Part shown: positions 1 through 12,500 of the stretch, in pieces
Layout: each line of letters begins with the position of its first letter
How positions within the stretch are numbered: the stretch's first letter is position 1
Origin: Sphyrna mokarran
Taxonomy: Eukaryota
DNA: 64,000 nt
Assembly (NCBI GenBank): GCA_024679065.1
Contig: JAGIQG010000010.1
Location: forward strand, 12,834,001-12,898,000
Direction of reading: 5' to 3'
The notes under the pieces: generated by a model
What the model was told of the DNA's origin: nothing
Seen by the model: the letters and a program-made list of their open reading frames with translations, nothing else
The model's database searches: none
Made by a program: the position numbers and the translations under genes

Positions 1-467
1 ACAACAAGCCCTAACACATCCTCAACAGTCTATCAAATGAACAAGAATATACTCTCAACCCGTGACGTGGTTACAATTTCCAAGAATACTGTACAGGGTT
101 ACCCAAAAGTCGTACTCTGTGTACTTGTAGCAATTCTTCAGTTGTGTAATTTGGAAGCTGTCCTTGTCCATACAGCCCAATTCGCTTTCAGAAAAAGCAT
201 CTTCTGTCAAGGTACCGTGCCGGTGTGTGATGCCTTACAGCCGAGGATTACAACGGCAGCATGCAAACACTTCACAAGTTTAAAGCCTTTTGAAAACTCG
301 AGTCATTTACAGCAATAAGTATGTGCACAATAAATAAAGTTATTTTCTGTGCACAGCGTTGTTCTTTCATTCAAATGATAGTGCTTCAATCCAATTTGCT
401 GACTTCAGTTCAGCAACTGAAGAGGTTAAAAGGCTGGAAAATCCAAAGGAACTTCTCTGCTGCATGT
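1..467 (-). other. MYCBP2: MYCBP2 3'UTR (partial, runs off window)
   Basis: Directly follows the TAA stop at 468-470. I saw no minus-strand AATAAA within 1-467. Confidence 0.85.
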
Positions 468-583
468 TTAGAATGTATGAGCATTTCTGCAAACACCACA
501 ACCCAGAGCAAACTCCTCACCAGTGGTTGGGTGGACAACATGAAGAGGACATTCTGCTCCCTCAAGCTGTTTTCCTTTAGGAC
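468..583 (-). CDS. MYCBP2: MYCBP2 terminal coding exon (G)[37 protein letters not shown]
   Basis: Acceptor tctag at 584-585, phase 1, ends in TAA. Matches the known C-terminus. Not in the ORF track. Confidence 0.97.
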
Positions 584-3500
584 CTAGACAAAAATGGATG
601 AAATGCAGTGGATGTCAAAATTGAAGACTGATGATTAGAACACCAGATTTAATATTTCAAGTGTTTCAGATGGATAATGCCACCTCACTGCGATTTTTTA
701 ACTTTCCTTTTCACTACTATTTACTCTTCCATTTTTTCTTTTATTCATACTTATGGACATTGTTTCTCTGGCATTTTTTTTCTCTTGTTCTTCCTAAGCT
801 GTTGTCATGTCCTTTCAGTGCTTCATCTCTGCATTCTGTGCTGATATTCAGACTTGTTGCTCTACTTACATAAATTGCTTCGTAGAATCCCTACACTGCA
901 GAAACAGAATAATTGGTGTTGCTAAATTCTTACTGAAACAGAAGAGGCCATTCGACTCATCAAATCTGCATCAAATCTTACCCAGGCCCTCGGCCCCACT
1001 GTATCCCAATATCCGCCTGTATTTATTATGGCTAATCCATCTAAGCTACACATTTTTGGACACTAAGGGACAATTTAGCATGGCCAATCCTCTTAACTGG
1101 TTCTTTTGTAATTTTCAGACCTTTGATGTTAGAAAAGTCCTTTCCTTATCTTGTACAATCTACAGATTTCTAAAGCCCAACCTTAGACATCACTTAATTA
1201 ACCTTTTCTCCCACTCTGTCTCAAGCTCCATGTCAGTTCTTGACTCAAGTCTCTCAATTAAAAAAAATCAAAATTATTAATTTTCAGTACTTTCCATAAT
1301 AGTGCTTCAAATGTCATCAACTGATCAAAGAAAGAATAACAATCGGACAAATAACAATGGCACTTTTTTTTGCAAGTATGAGACTTTTAAGTTCAAATAT
1401 TAAGAAATGCTATTATATACAAACAACACATGCTAGAGGAAAACTCCTCCCAAATCCACTTTTAATTTCCCCACTACGTGATTAGTATGGTTTGAAAGAC
1501 ATCTGCCCTTCACTCTCTTTCTCATTTCAACAGTTAAATAGAGCTGACAACCATTATTACGGAGTTTGTCTCTATCCTTACATTTCCAACAAAATTCTAC
1601 TTGTGTGTGCATGCGCACTCACGCAATGTTGTAGGCTAGGATGCATCAACAATAAATACATCCTTTCTTAAAACTTCACAGAGCAAAACAGGGGAGAGAG
1701 AGAGAGCGCTTAAAAGTTACTCAATTTGGCGACTAGTGGGGGGTAACGTTCCACAAGGAGTGCTGCTGCAAACTCTAAACACTGGTAGGAACAATAAGGA
1801 AGTCACATACACCTTGGAAGTTTGGAAAACATGTCTCTAAATGGGGTTCAGGAACAAACCTGGAGCTTAAGGTACACTCATAACCAAAAGAAGTGATGTT
1901 AATCAATAAGCCCACATAAACAAAAGCACTGGGGTTCATTTCTCAAAAGACAGAACTAAAAATTAAAGCCCCATGCTAAACCTGTATAGAACTTTAGTTG
2001 GACATACTTCCAATACTGTGTATAGTTCGAGCTGCCATATTAGGAGAAGCTACTTTACTCAGAATTTTAGAACGTGGAACTTGCTACCACAAAGAGCAGT
2101 GAATAGCATGGCTTCAGTTAAGAAGCTATAAAAGCACACAACGGTGAAAGGAATGGAGATAAATTATATGAAGTGGATCAAGAGAAAACTTGTGTTGAGG
2201 ATAAGCGTGGGCCGATTGTGACAAGTGGCCTGTTTTCTGTGCTGTAAAATATTTTGTAGCACAGCATGGGGCAGTTTTTAAGATCTAACACAGAAGTCCA
2301 AAATCAGACTCATTTTATTTTATAAAACAAAAACCCAAAGGAATGAAATTACCTTGCATCATCTTTGAGCCTATTATGTTGAGGAGCAAGGAGACACTCT
2401 AAACAGAAGACAGCAAATAAATTACCTGCAGGACAATGGGGCAGTTCTTCTTTAGGAATACTCGTCATTCTCTGGAAGTCATCATGGCAAGCATTACAGA
2501 AGTGTGTTGTTCCAAAGCAAAAAAACACAGCCACAGAGCAGCAATACCGACATTTGTACTCCAGGAAATCCGTACCATGTTTGGGGCACATCTGTTGAGG
2601 CACATCAATATGTCACTTCAGGATAACTTTAACAAACTGCATTACTACAAGACTGAAAATTGTAACCTCAATTTATGAATTTGTTTGGTACTAGCCACAG
2701 GATACGTACTGTTGCTTTTGAAAATTAAAAGATCTGGGGTGGGATCCTCTGGTCATGCTCACCCCAAAAATCAGAGAATCCCACCTGAGGTCAATGGATC
2801 TTTGCGTAGCCTGCCCAACCTATGATTCCCATGGCAAGAAGGATGGGAGAATTCCTCCCCTTATGTCTCCCTGATTTTATAAAGGAAGGTGGTTTCTTTC
2901 TAGACGTCTGCCAATGGCACACTTAATCCTACCTCTTAGGCTGAAATGGTGCCTACCCTGAGCTTATCGCAAGCGGGATTGTAGACCAGGTGAATGTGTA
3001 TCATTTCATGGTTTCTCTTGTCCACCAATCACCCATCACACAGACCAATCAAGCAAAATTTTATTCATCCTTAATATGAACTCATCAAGTGATTACCTAC
3101 AATGACATTTTCCAATTAATTTCTAACAAAATAAACAAACAAACTGAATGATTTCACCATCAGAAAGTCCCCAGAATGAGTAAACAAACAATACCTGTGC
3201 TCTAGAGACATCTGAGCAAGCACCACAGATTAATTCCCGTGGGTCATAGTCATCACCCTGTCCTGCTTCAGCGTCACATCGTGCTTCACCACCAAAATAC
3301 GCCTACATGAGACAGACAAATTATGTTTGCAGCTAATTCCTTTAAATTGGAAAAAAGTAAAAGCCTTTCAACTCCAGTCTGCAACTAAGATTAAAAATAC
3401 TGTCATTTAAGTAGGCAAATGATTTTGCGAGTGAAAAGCCTGCAACTGACTTACTCCATTTCTCAAAGGCACAGAATGTGCATGCACCCTCTCTGAGCAA

Positions 3501-6500
3501 AATCCTAAAAGCATTCTCAATGCTTTATCAAGCCTTTAAGCTGATCATGTAACATTTGCTCAAGAATGCCACAAAACCACAGTCTCTGCAGAACATGCAT
3601 GGCAGATGTGGCCAGACTTGTTCAAATTGCACCAAATATTTTGATTATACAGTTAGCTGCATTAATACACTTGCTTAAATATTGACACAGCCAAATGTGA
3701 AGCTAGGGAATCACTCCTCCCCACCAAGTAGTTGAACTGTTGACAAGTTAAGACAGAACTCTCTGCAGACTATATAAGAGTAAAATTAAAAGAATTCCAG
3801 TAAGATCAATTATTAATAAGTGACAAAGAAAACTATTCTGGTGTTTAGTTGTTGTTGATCTCTATGCATCAGATGTTCAACCTCTAAGTATGAGTTTTTA
3901 AAAATGAAAGCAATCAGCAATGATGTTAAAATCTTAAATTACTACCTTCAAAAGTACTTAACATAACCACACACAAACTGACAAGTTCCTTTCTGGGTTT
4001 ATCTTTGTTAAATTAGAATACAAGCTTCCTGGTTTGTTTGCATTTATCAAATATGAGCTTTCTTTCCATCACATCGATGCTTCTCCACTTCTCCCACTAT
4101 GTTAATGTAAGATTGTTAATAACACTCACTGAGGAAGTCCAAGGCAGAACCATTTCTTGAAAAAGGAGACATCAGACACATTGTTCATTCCAAGTAAAAA
4201 TGTAAAAGATAGACCTCAAAATTCATCAGTTAAAACGACTTCTTCAAATGCAAACTTACCTTTTTACACTTGTAGCAAACGTAGTAAGCGTATCTATTCA
4301 TTGCAAATCCAGCAGGATCATTGTAAAACCGAACACCTGGAGTAGTGATGGCATCACTTTTGTGTAAGCCTTCATATTCTAGCCTCATTAAAGCCTTCTT
4401 CCTTACATCTTCATAGAGGTCTTTGATAGGATCAAGTAAATCTTTTAATACTAGATGATTTATTTTGTTCTGGAATTAGACAAAAAAATCTGAAGTTTTT
4501 CTCAAATTTGTCACCTGTTAAAATCCGTGCCACAAAATGCAGAGTGCAACAAAAATCAATCTGAAGGATTCTCACCTTGCATATTGGACAGGCCATAAAT
4601 CCAAATGTTATCCGTGGGCCAAGCCACTGATTTTCAAGAACTCGTCTACAACAATGTAGATGGAAAACATGACTGCATTCCAACTTTAAAAAGAGCAAAA
4701 ACACATGAATTAATCATACATTTGGACTGCCAAGACCGCCGAACTTCAAAATATACAATAGATTTCCTCTAGTAAAATTTCACAAAATTATTGCAATCAT
4801 TTAGAGATTGATGAATGATACCAGTATATTAAATCAAGTTGTGGGCTTGTACACTTTTAACAGTCAACTAAAAGAGTTGGATTATGTTCTAGGATTTGAC
4901 ACAATAGCAGAGACATATCAGTAGCTTTGGAAATCGTTGTTTGGCTTAAAAAAGGTGCTGTAATTAGGAACCAAAAATATGTAGGTTAGGAGGATTGGCC
5001 AGGCTAAATTGCTCCTTAGTGTTGAAAGATGTGTAGGTTAGCTGGATTAGCCAATCCAATGCACAGGATTACGTGATAAGATAGTGTTTGGGCGGGCAGT
5101 GGAAATGTGATCTGGGTAAGATGCTCTTTTGGAGAGTCAATACAGACTTGATGGGCTGAACTGCCTCCTTCTGCATTATATAGATACTATGGTTCCACTT
5201 ACATGGCTGAATAACTTGTACTTATGTAACATTTTAAAGTAATAAAATCTCCCTAAGGCACGTATCACAGACGCCATTATTATCATCTGACACCATATGA
5301 TAATATTTGGATAGGGTGACCTAAAGCTTGGTTAAAGATGTGAGCTTCAAAGGGTGATAAAAGGAAGAAGATGTGGAAGCAGACAGATTTAGTGTGGGAA
5401 TTCAGAACTTGTCGCATAGACTGTGGAAGGCATTCACTGATGAAAATTGGGGATGGGCAAGAAGCCAGGATTGAAGTAATGCAGATACCTTTGAACGTTG
5501 TAAGAAATTCAACATGGAGAGCTTTGAACAAAGTAAAATACTTTTAAAAATCAAGGAGTTGCCAAACTGTCAGTCAGTAGGAGCACAGGATTGGATGAGT
5601 GGGGTTATTGTAGGAATTAGGATACAGTGAAGGTGGGTGAGGGTGGTGGGAGGGAGGGGGGATTGGAAGAATTAGAATATAGGTTGGAGGGCAGGGTAAG
5701 AGTGAGCAAACAGGGAGAACAGTTTTTGATAAGCTTAAATATATAGTAAGAGTTTTCCATTGTACATTTTGAACAAGGCAATGTTAATTTTGCAAAATTA
5801 TCAATGGACAGCTACTATTTATGGAAGAGCAAAACACCTTTCATAAGGGTTTCAAAGAAATTATGTGCGCAAAAGTCTTTAAACAAGTTTATTTTTAAAT
5901 GCTTAGTGATCGTAAATCTGAAATCAATTTCTGTAAATGATATGGCTTACCTGAACTGCAGGAGCTGCTGAAAGTGCCTCAGTAAAACATATCATACACA
6001 TATCATCGGCATCTTGCTTAAGACATGTTATATTTTTGTCACAGCCATGTAAACAAGGTAAACAGTGCTCTTCGCCTTTCACCCCGCCACAGGGATGACC
6101 ACAGGAATGGGTTTTGCCACAAGCAGTTTTAGCATATTCCTGGTTTCACAATGATTAAAAGGAAGACTCATTACCACTAGACAGACATTTCAGAAAAAAT
6201 GACTATATGAAACAAAAAGTACACGATGTAGCCAATTATTCAAAGGGAGCAGTTTGAATCATCGATGGTCAACAACATTCTGTACGAGACTCACCTGGCA
6301 GTCTGTATCAGAGCACACACTTCCCACTGCCGACAACTCTGTTCCATTTCTTGATCCGCAGAAGCGACATGCTTCAGAGCTGCTTGATGCAGGTTTGCCT
6401 GAAAATGAAGAAATCAAACTCAGTTTAAAGGGAATATTTACCAACCACATCACGTTTTTGGCATTACAATTGAGCCTTATTTTATATACTTCATTTACAT

Positions 6501-9500
6501 TAATAGAAATGCACTGTCCCCACTTGTATGCTTCAAGTATATGAGGAAATTACATACTAACTTCAACAATGGCTTTGATCACACAAATACTCCTTCAAGT
6601 ATTGGTTTATCAGATTAAAATCCATAGAATGACCAAATTCACAGAAGCATCATTACTGAGTTCACCAGTCAACCGGCCTTGAGCAGAAAACCTACTATAG
6701 ACCATGGTTGCCTAAACAATGCAGATACTTTTCTGCTATATATTTTCGATTTGGATGTAGGAACAGAGAATGTTTTCTTCCTTGCTCATCAGACATAATG
6801 CAATCTCCATGAAGTGCTCATTTAATCTCATCTCGCACTACATTACTTCGCATTAATAACACACTCCCATTAGAATCGTGCACACCTGGACATTCCCAAT
6901 TCTTCCAAGTTGAGCCAGCGCGAGCCAGGTCTCAGTAAGGTGGGGAACATGCAATCTTGGAAAAGGGCTTGACATTGATGTTGCCCTGCATACGGTTGCA
7001 TTTTTCAGGAACTAATTAACAACATTAAATGAAGACTTCCTGTATTTAAAACTCTGCCAGCTCACAGAGATAGAAATATGCTCTTTAAATCTGAATACAG
7101 GCCTATAATATCGCCCTACTCTCACGTATCTTTAGAAATATATCTTCAGTTCTTACAAGAGCCGGCAGAAAGATTATTATTATTATTATTATTACTACTG
7201 CAACAGATCAGACAAAATGGATATACTGGGAGTTGTATGTGGAGATATAGTGTTGCATTTCGACAAAATGATCCGCAAGCTAATATTCTATCTCAATTGT
7301 CAATCCCCACAAACAGAAACATAGAAAAGCAGCCTGATGAAAACGGACAAAGGCCGAGTGATCCAATTATTTCATGTCTCAAAAGGACAGATACGATAGT
7401 GACTTTTAAGGGACGTCTTGACAAATACACAAATAGGATGAGAATAGAGGGATATGGTCCCCGGAAGAATACAGGCTTTTAGTTCACTCAGGCAGCATGG
7501 TCCATGAAGCTGTGCTGTAATTTTTTTTTGTTCTTTGACAGAAAACAGGTTTTCAATTGTAACAAAACTGAAAACAAGCACCTTTCCCCTTCACAAAACT
7601 GTTGTGAAAAATATGGGGTGCTTCTTTTGCCCCTTTCACTGAATTTGGCTCACTTAGTCAATACATAAGGCATTTTTTAAAATTGTTGATTCAACTTCAG
7701 TTAAGTTTCTGGTTAAAAAGCCCAGAACTACAATGACACTCCTGTCATTGATTATTGCAAACAATTTCCAAAAAACTTTTATCTTGGTAAAGTGGACAGC
7801 TGTTCTATCTTTCCGAGGAAACATCAAAACGCTCAAATTTATTTGCACTGCAGGATGTCTTCAGCAGTTGTGTTCAGTGTAATCACATCCAAGTGCTGCA
7901 AAAATCTGCAAACTGTTTCAGTGAATTACTGTACTGAGTTTCTTGAGGCAGTGTGTGAAGAATTCAAATGAACTGCACCACACATCCTTGATAATTATAA
8001 TATGCATCTGCAGAATCTCTGGTCATCCAATATTTTGTTCCAGGTATTCAAACGATTAGTTTGATAATCTGGAAGTATAGACAATGTTTATAAAGAGATA
8101 ACTGTTGTAGTTTGTGAACTTAATAGACCACAAATGAAATCTGGGCAAACAAGATTTTTGACATTCGTACAGCAGCTGGCATCAGCTTCTCCAAAATTGT
8201 GATTCGTATAACCACTTAATTTTCATATAAAGGATCAGTTATGGACCATCACTGTACCAACTTTGGACCTTCAGAGAAAGTGGGATGGACTGTTGGAGGC
8301 TTTGGATCAAATTGTTTTTCAAGGACAATTAATTTCTCAATCTCAGTATGCCCAAAGGTGGTATAACTGACAACCACAACAACGGCCCTAAAACTAGCAT
8401 TTGCATGGATATTGTGGGCTGCTTTTTGAACTTAGGCAAGGTATCATTAATTTGTAAAGTGAAGAATGGCTCTTCAGAAGGCAAATTAACCCTCCGTTTG
8501 TTAGCGGCTGACTGCACGAGAATAATACCTAGCATCAAATACTCATACTGGTATAACATTCACAATTACACTTTGGACATTGAAACAGCTACTTTTACCA
8601 GCAGCAAGATTTGCAGCTGCAGAATTAAATCAGTTACAGTCAGTGGATAATCAAATGATTTCATCAGGTTGGAGCCAAGATCAGTTGACATACATGTGTA
8701 TATGAACTAAGAGAACTACTTACTTAGGAATGTTAGGCAAGTCAGCCTATACAAAGAAATGCTTTGTACCTAACTAATGCCCTGATCTACCTAGAGAGAT
8801 AAACATACCTAATTTTAGAAGAAAATTATTTCAGATAATAGTCCCACTTTCCAATGAAAACTGGACCAACAGGCCTAATGGCACTGCTAAGCCATTTCAA
8901 TGACCATAATTTTGGATGCTTCCTTGGCAATATCCCAATCACAGTACGATATAGCAGGCTTTGAGGTGAACTTAAATAGAAAGAAAGGTCATGTTGTACC
9001 AGCACTGTTTTATTGGCTACAGACAACTTGCTAAACAATTCCAAAGCTCCTGGCACGACTATCCAGCACAAATAAATGATTTTCACAGTCTAGGTCAGCA
9101 GACAGCTGGCCTCATCATTGAGCCATCTGTTGTAAGGATTCTTTCAGTTACAATGCACTGTAAGACTGGCATATGTAGTGTCAAAAAGACAGACAGCCGT
9201 TGTCTGAAACTTGGTTACCTGCATTGTAATGCTAACAAATGGGGACTGTGATCTAGGGTGGTACGGAGGATAATGCCCTTTGCAAGGTTAATAGAATTTT
9301 TGAAAACGAAAATTGAAACCAAAACAAGAAGAATGGTGCAGCTATAATAATACAGGTTCAACTCGCTTAAATATTAGGTCTTCAATTCTCACCCGTGTGT
9401 TCCCTGAACTCAACCATTGCTTTCATGGTTTTTGAGTCAGCAAGTGCCATAAGCCAGAAGAGCTTGGTTCTTCCACAACCTTCATGGAGGTCCACTTTAA

Positions 9501-12500
9501 TTGCTTCTTCCTCCTCTTTAAACACCTGTAATTTTCAGAACATTGAAAATCAGATTATTTCAAGGACAATGCTTGTGGAATAACTTGTCACATCTGGAAA
9601 AGTTTTCCTTAGAAATTCATTTGACTTTTGTTCATGCTTTACAAGGGAATTTCCCTCTCCCCTCAAGTTAATGTTTTTTCATTTTATTTCAGATGCTGAA
9701 ATTAATTGAAAATAGCAAAAAGAAGAAAGGGGAACTGAGAGTTATGGGGAGCAGAACTGAAGTCATTAAAATAAATTTAGAAATTGTTTTAAAATGCCAT
9801 TTGATTTGCCTCTAACGTGTATCGAAAGATTAAAACTGCAGGAGAATTTTAACTACTCTTTATAACCAAGTGAAAATTTAATTTGAGACTAACTGTATTC
9901 TGAAACTTCTGCTCATGTTTAGCTAACATGTTTCTGTTCATGCATGCAGGAAATCAGTGAAATAGAAAGATTCCACCACTGCTCCTCCACTTGTAGAAAT
10001 CAGGAATTTGTTCAAAACTTTCTGCAAATACTGATAAAATAGCCTTCTAAAATGCCCACAATACCAAGGGCAAAGAAGAATGTGACATTTGCAGAAATGC
10101 TGAGATAAATAAATGCTTTGTTAACTGCTCTCTTTTCAGACACTGAATTTATGGCTGCACAATTGTTTCACTTTCCTAGCTTCCCCTTCACTGTTCTGCA
10201 CTAGTTCTTGTCTGAGATTGGATTTTTTTTTTGTAACTTGTGCAATCTCTCCAACTGCTTGTTCAGATAAGTTTAAAGGCAGAATTCCTATCATTAATTT
10301 TTTTGAAAAGAGTGCAAAAGATTGCTTCAAAACAGATCTAAAACTGGTTAACACTTTACAAAATTACTCAGAATTGAATCATTGCCTGTCTTTGATGTGT
10401 TCTTGTCCTTCTGTGGAGATGGAGGAAACGGTCACAGTCTGTGCAAAGATTCCCACAAATATTGCAGTGGATAATTGCTGGAGTCTCACCATCATCATGG
10501 TTGTCACACATAGGCTAAGAAAAAAATATTAATATGGTCACCAAAGAAAAGTAGTGTAGAAGATAATGTGTTTTTGGTTAAGTGCAATCTTATAATGGTT
10601 CAAATAAATCACAAGATAGCACAGAATAGAGCGTTTCATTGCACAGGCAAGATTTATTGGTTGATCCTTACCAAAATATCTAAACTATTAAATTTACAAT
10701 GGCAAAACTAAGGGTTAGCTATAATCCATTAAGGTTTATTTTTAAACTCGATGGTTGTTTCCCACAAACTAAATTATAAGACATTCTTTAAATAGGAGTC
10801 AATATAAAATGTTGGCTTTTACCTGATTGTTTGATTTCTGCAATACCACCATTTAAGGGAAGGAATCTTCCCAATCTTTCAAAGAAAAACATATAGTCGT
10901 AGGTATTTAACTCATGAACTATTATCTGGTTCCTTCCCTCATGGGAAAAGTAAACGCTTCAGTTCTGTAGAAGAATCATTTGGACTCAATGTTAATTCTG
11001 TTTGTTTCCATCGATGCAGCCAGACTTGCTGAATTTATCCAGCATTTTCTGTTTTTATTTCTGATTTCTAGCATCTGCAATATTTTCCTTTCATTACTTT
11101 TAGGATAAAATTGATCCAAGTTATGAGACATCAACCATATTAACTCCTTCCTCTTGAGTAACCTGTTATTTTGCACCGGCCATTGAACTGGAGAGCTAAT
11201 CTGAATAAACATGCAGAGGAGAATGCTGAGAATGGTACCATAGTTTAAAAAATAATCCTGCTTGAGATCAGCATGGATAGAAATATGGCCAAATTAGTAA
11301 AGTTTCCTTTTGTCAGCGATGAAAGCCATACAAATTTAGCAAGGCAAGATATCCTCTATGAAATCTTTACCCATTTTTTAGTGACAAAGGAAGGACAGAT
11401 GTATTTTGTACAGTATCTTTCTTCAGGCCAACTATACAAATAGAAATATTGGAACATATGAATTAGGAATAGGAGTAGCCATTCATCCCTTCAAGCCTGC
11501 TCCACCATTTAATAAGATCATCGCTTATCTTGTGATCTTAACTGCACTTATTTGTCTGCCCCTCCACAACCCTTGTCTATCAAAAATCTGTCTACATCAG
11601 CCTTGAATAAGTTCAATAACCAAGGCTCTATTGTTTTCCGGGGAAGAAACTTCTACACACAAATGACCTCAGAAAAAAGTTCTCCTCATCTCAGTCTTAA
11701 AAGTCTTATTCTTAAACTGTGTCCCCCCCCACTTCTACACTCTCCTATAAGTGGAAATATCCTCCAGCTATCTACCCTGTCATGTTCCCTCAGGATTTTA
11801 CACATTTCAACAAGATCATCTTTTTTACACTCCAATAGGTACCTTATTTAACCTTTTCTTTAAAAAAGAAAGGTAAGCCCTTTATCTCAGGAATTAATCA
11901 AGTGCACTTTCTCTCTGCTACTTCAAATAAGGAGACCAAAACAGTATACTGAATTCGAGGTGTGGTTTCACCAATGTCCTGTACAACTGCAGTAGAACTT
12001 CTCTATTTACTTTGTTCTTCATGCAATATACATCAACATTTCAACTGCCTTCTAAGAACCTTCTGTACCTACTTATAAACTTTTAATAACGTGTCAGCCA
12101 AGACACCCAGATTCCTGTATACAACTGATCTCTCACCATTTACATAGTGTACTGCTTTTCCATTTTTCCTACTAACGTGGACAAGTTCACATCTACCCAC
12201 ATTCCATCTGTTAAATTTTTTCCACTCATTTAACCTGTCTTTATTCCTTTGCAGACATTCTCTCCTCTTGATAATTTGCTTTTCCACCTTAGTGCCATCA
12301 ACAAATTTAGCTACCACGCATTTGGCCCTTTCATACACATCATCGCTGTAGAATGTAAAGAGTTGAGGTTCTAGTGCCGATTCCTATGGCACTCCACTTG
12401 TTATTGCTGATAGGTTAATGGCAATCAAAATTCATGAAGAGTCAAAAGCACAACTGAGGCAACTTTCTTCCTATTAGTCCCCTTTTCAGCTATTTTAAAT

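Noticed and set aside
329-338. AATAAA hexamers as a polyA signal
   Set aside because: They are on the plus strand, opposite to MYCBP2 transcription, and no plus-strand gene is evident.
807-1280. 157-aa plus-strand ORF
   Set aside because: Runs through an antisense SINE fragment and low-complexity intron; no recognisable protein.
2735-2860. Possible short MITE with ggggtgggatcctc / gagaattcctcccc ends
   Set aside because: Terminal match only about 11/15 and no clear target-site duplication.
7078-7482. 134-aa plus-strand ORF with poly-Leu
   Set aside because: The poly-Leu comes from an (ATT)n microsatellite and the C-terminus from a CR1 remnant; not a gene.
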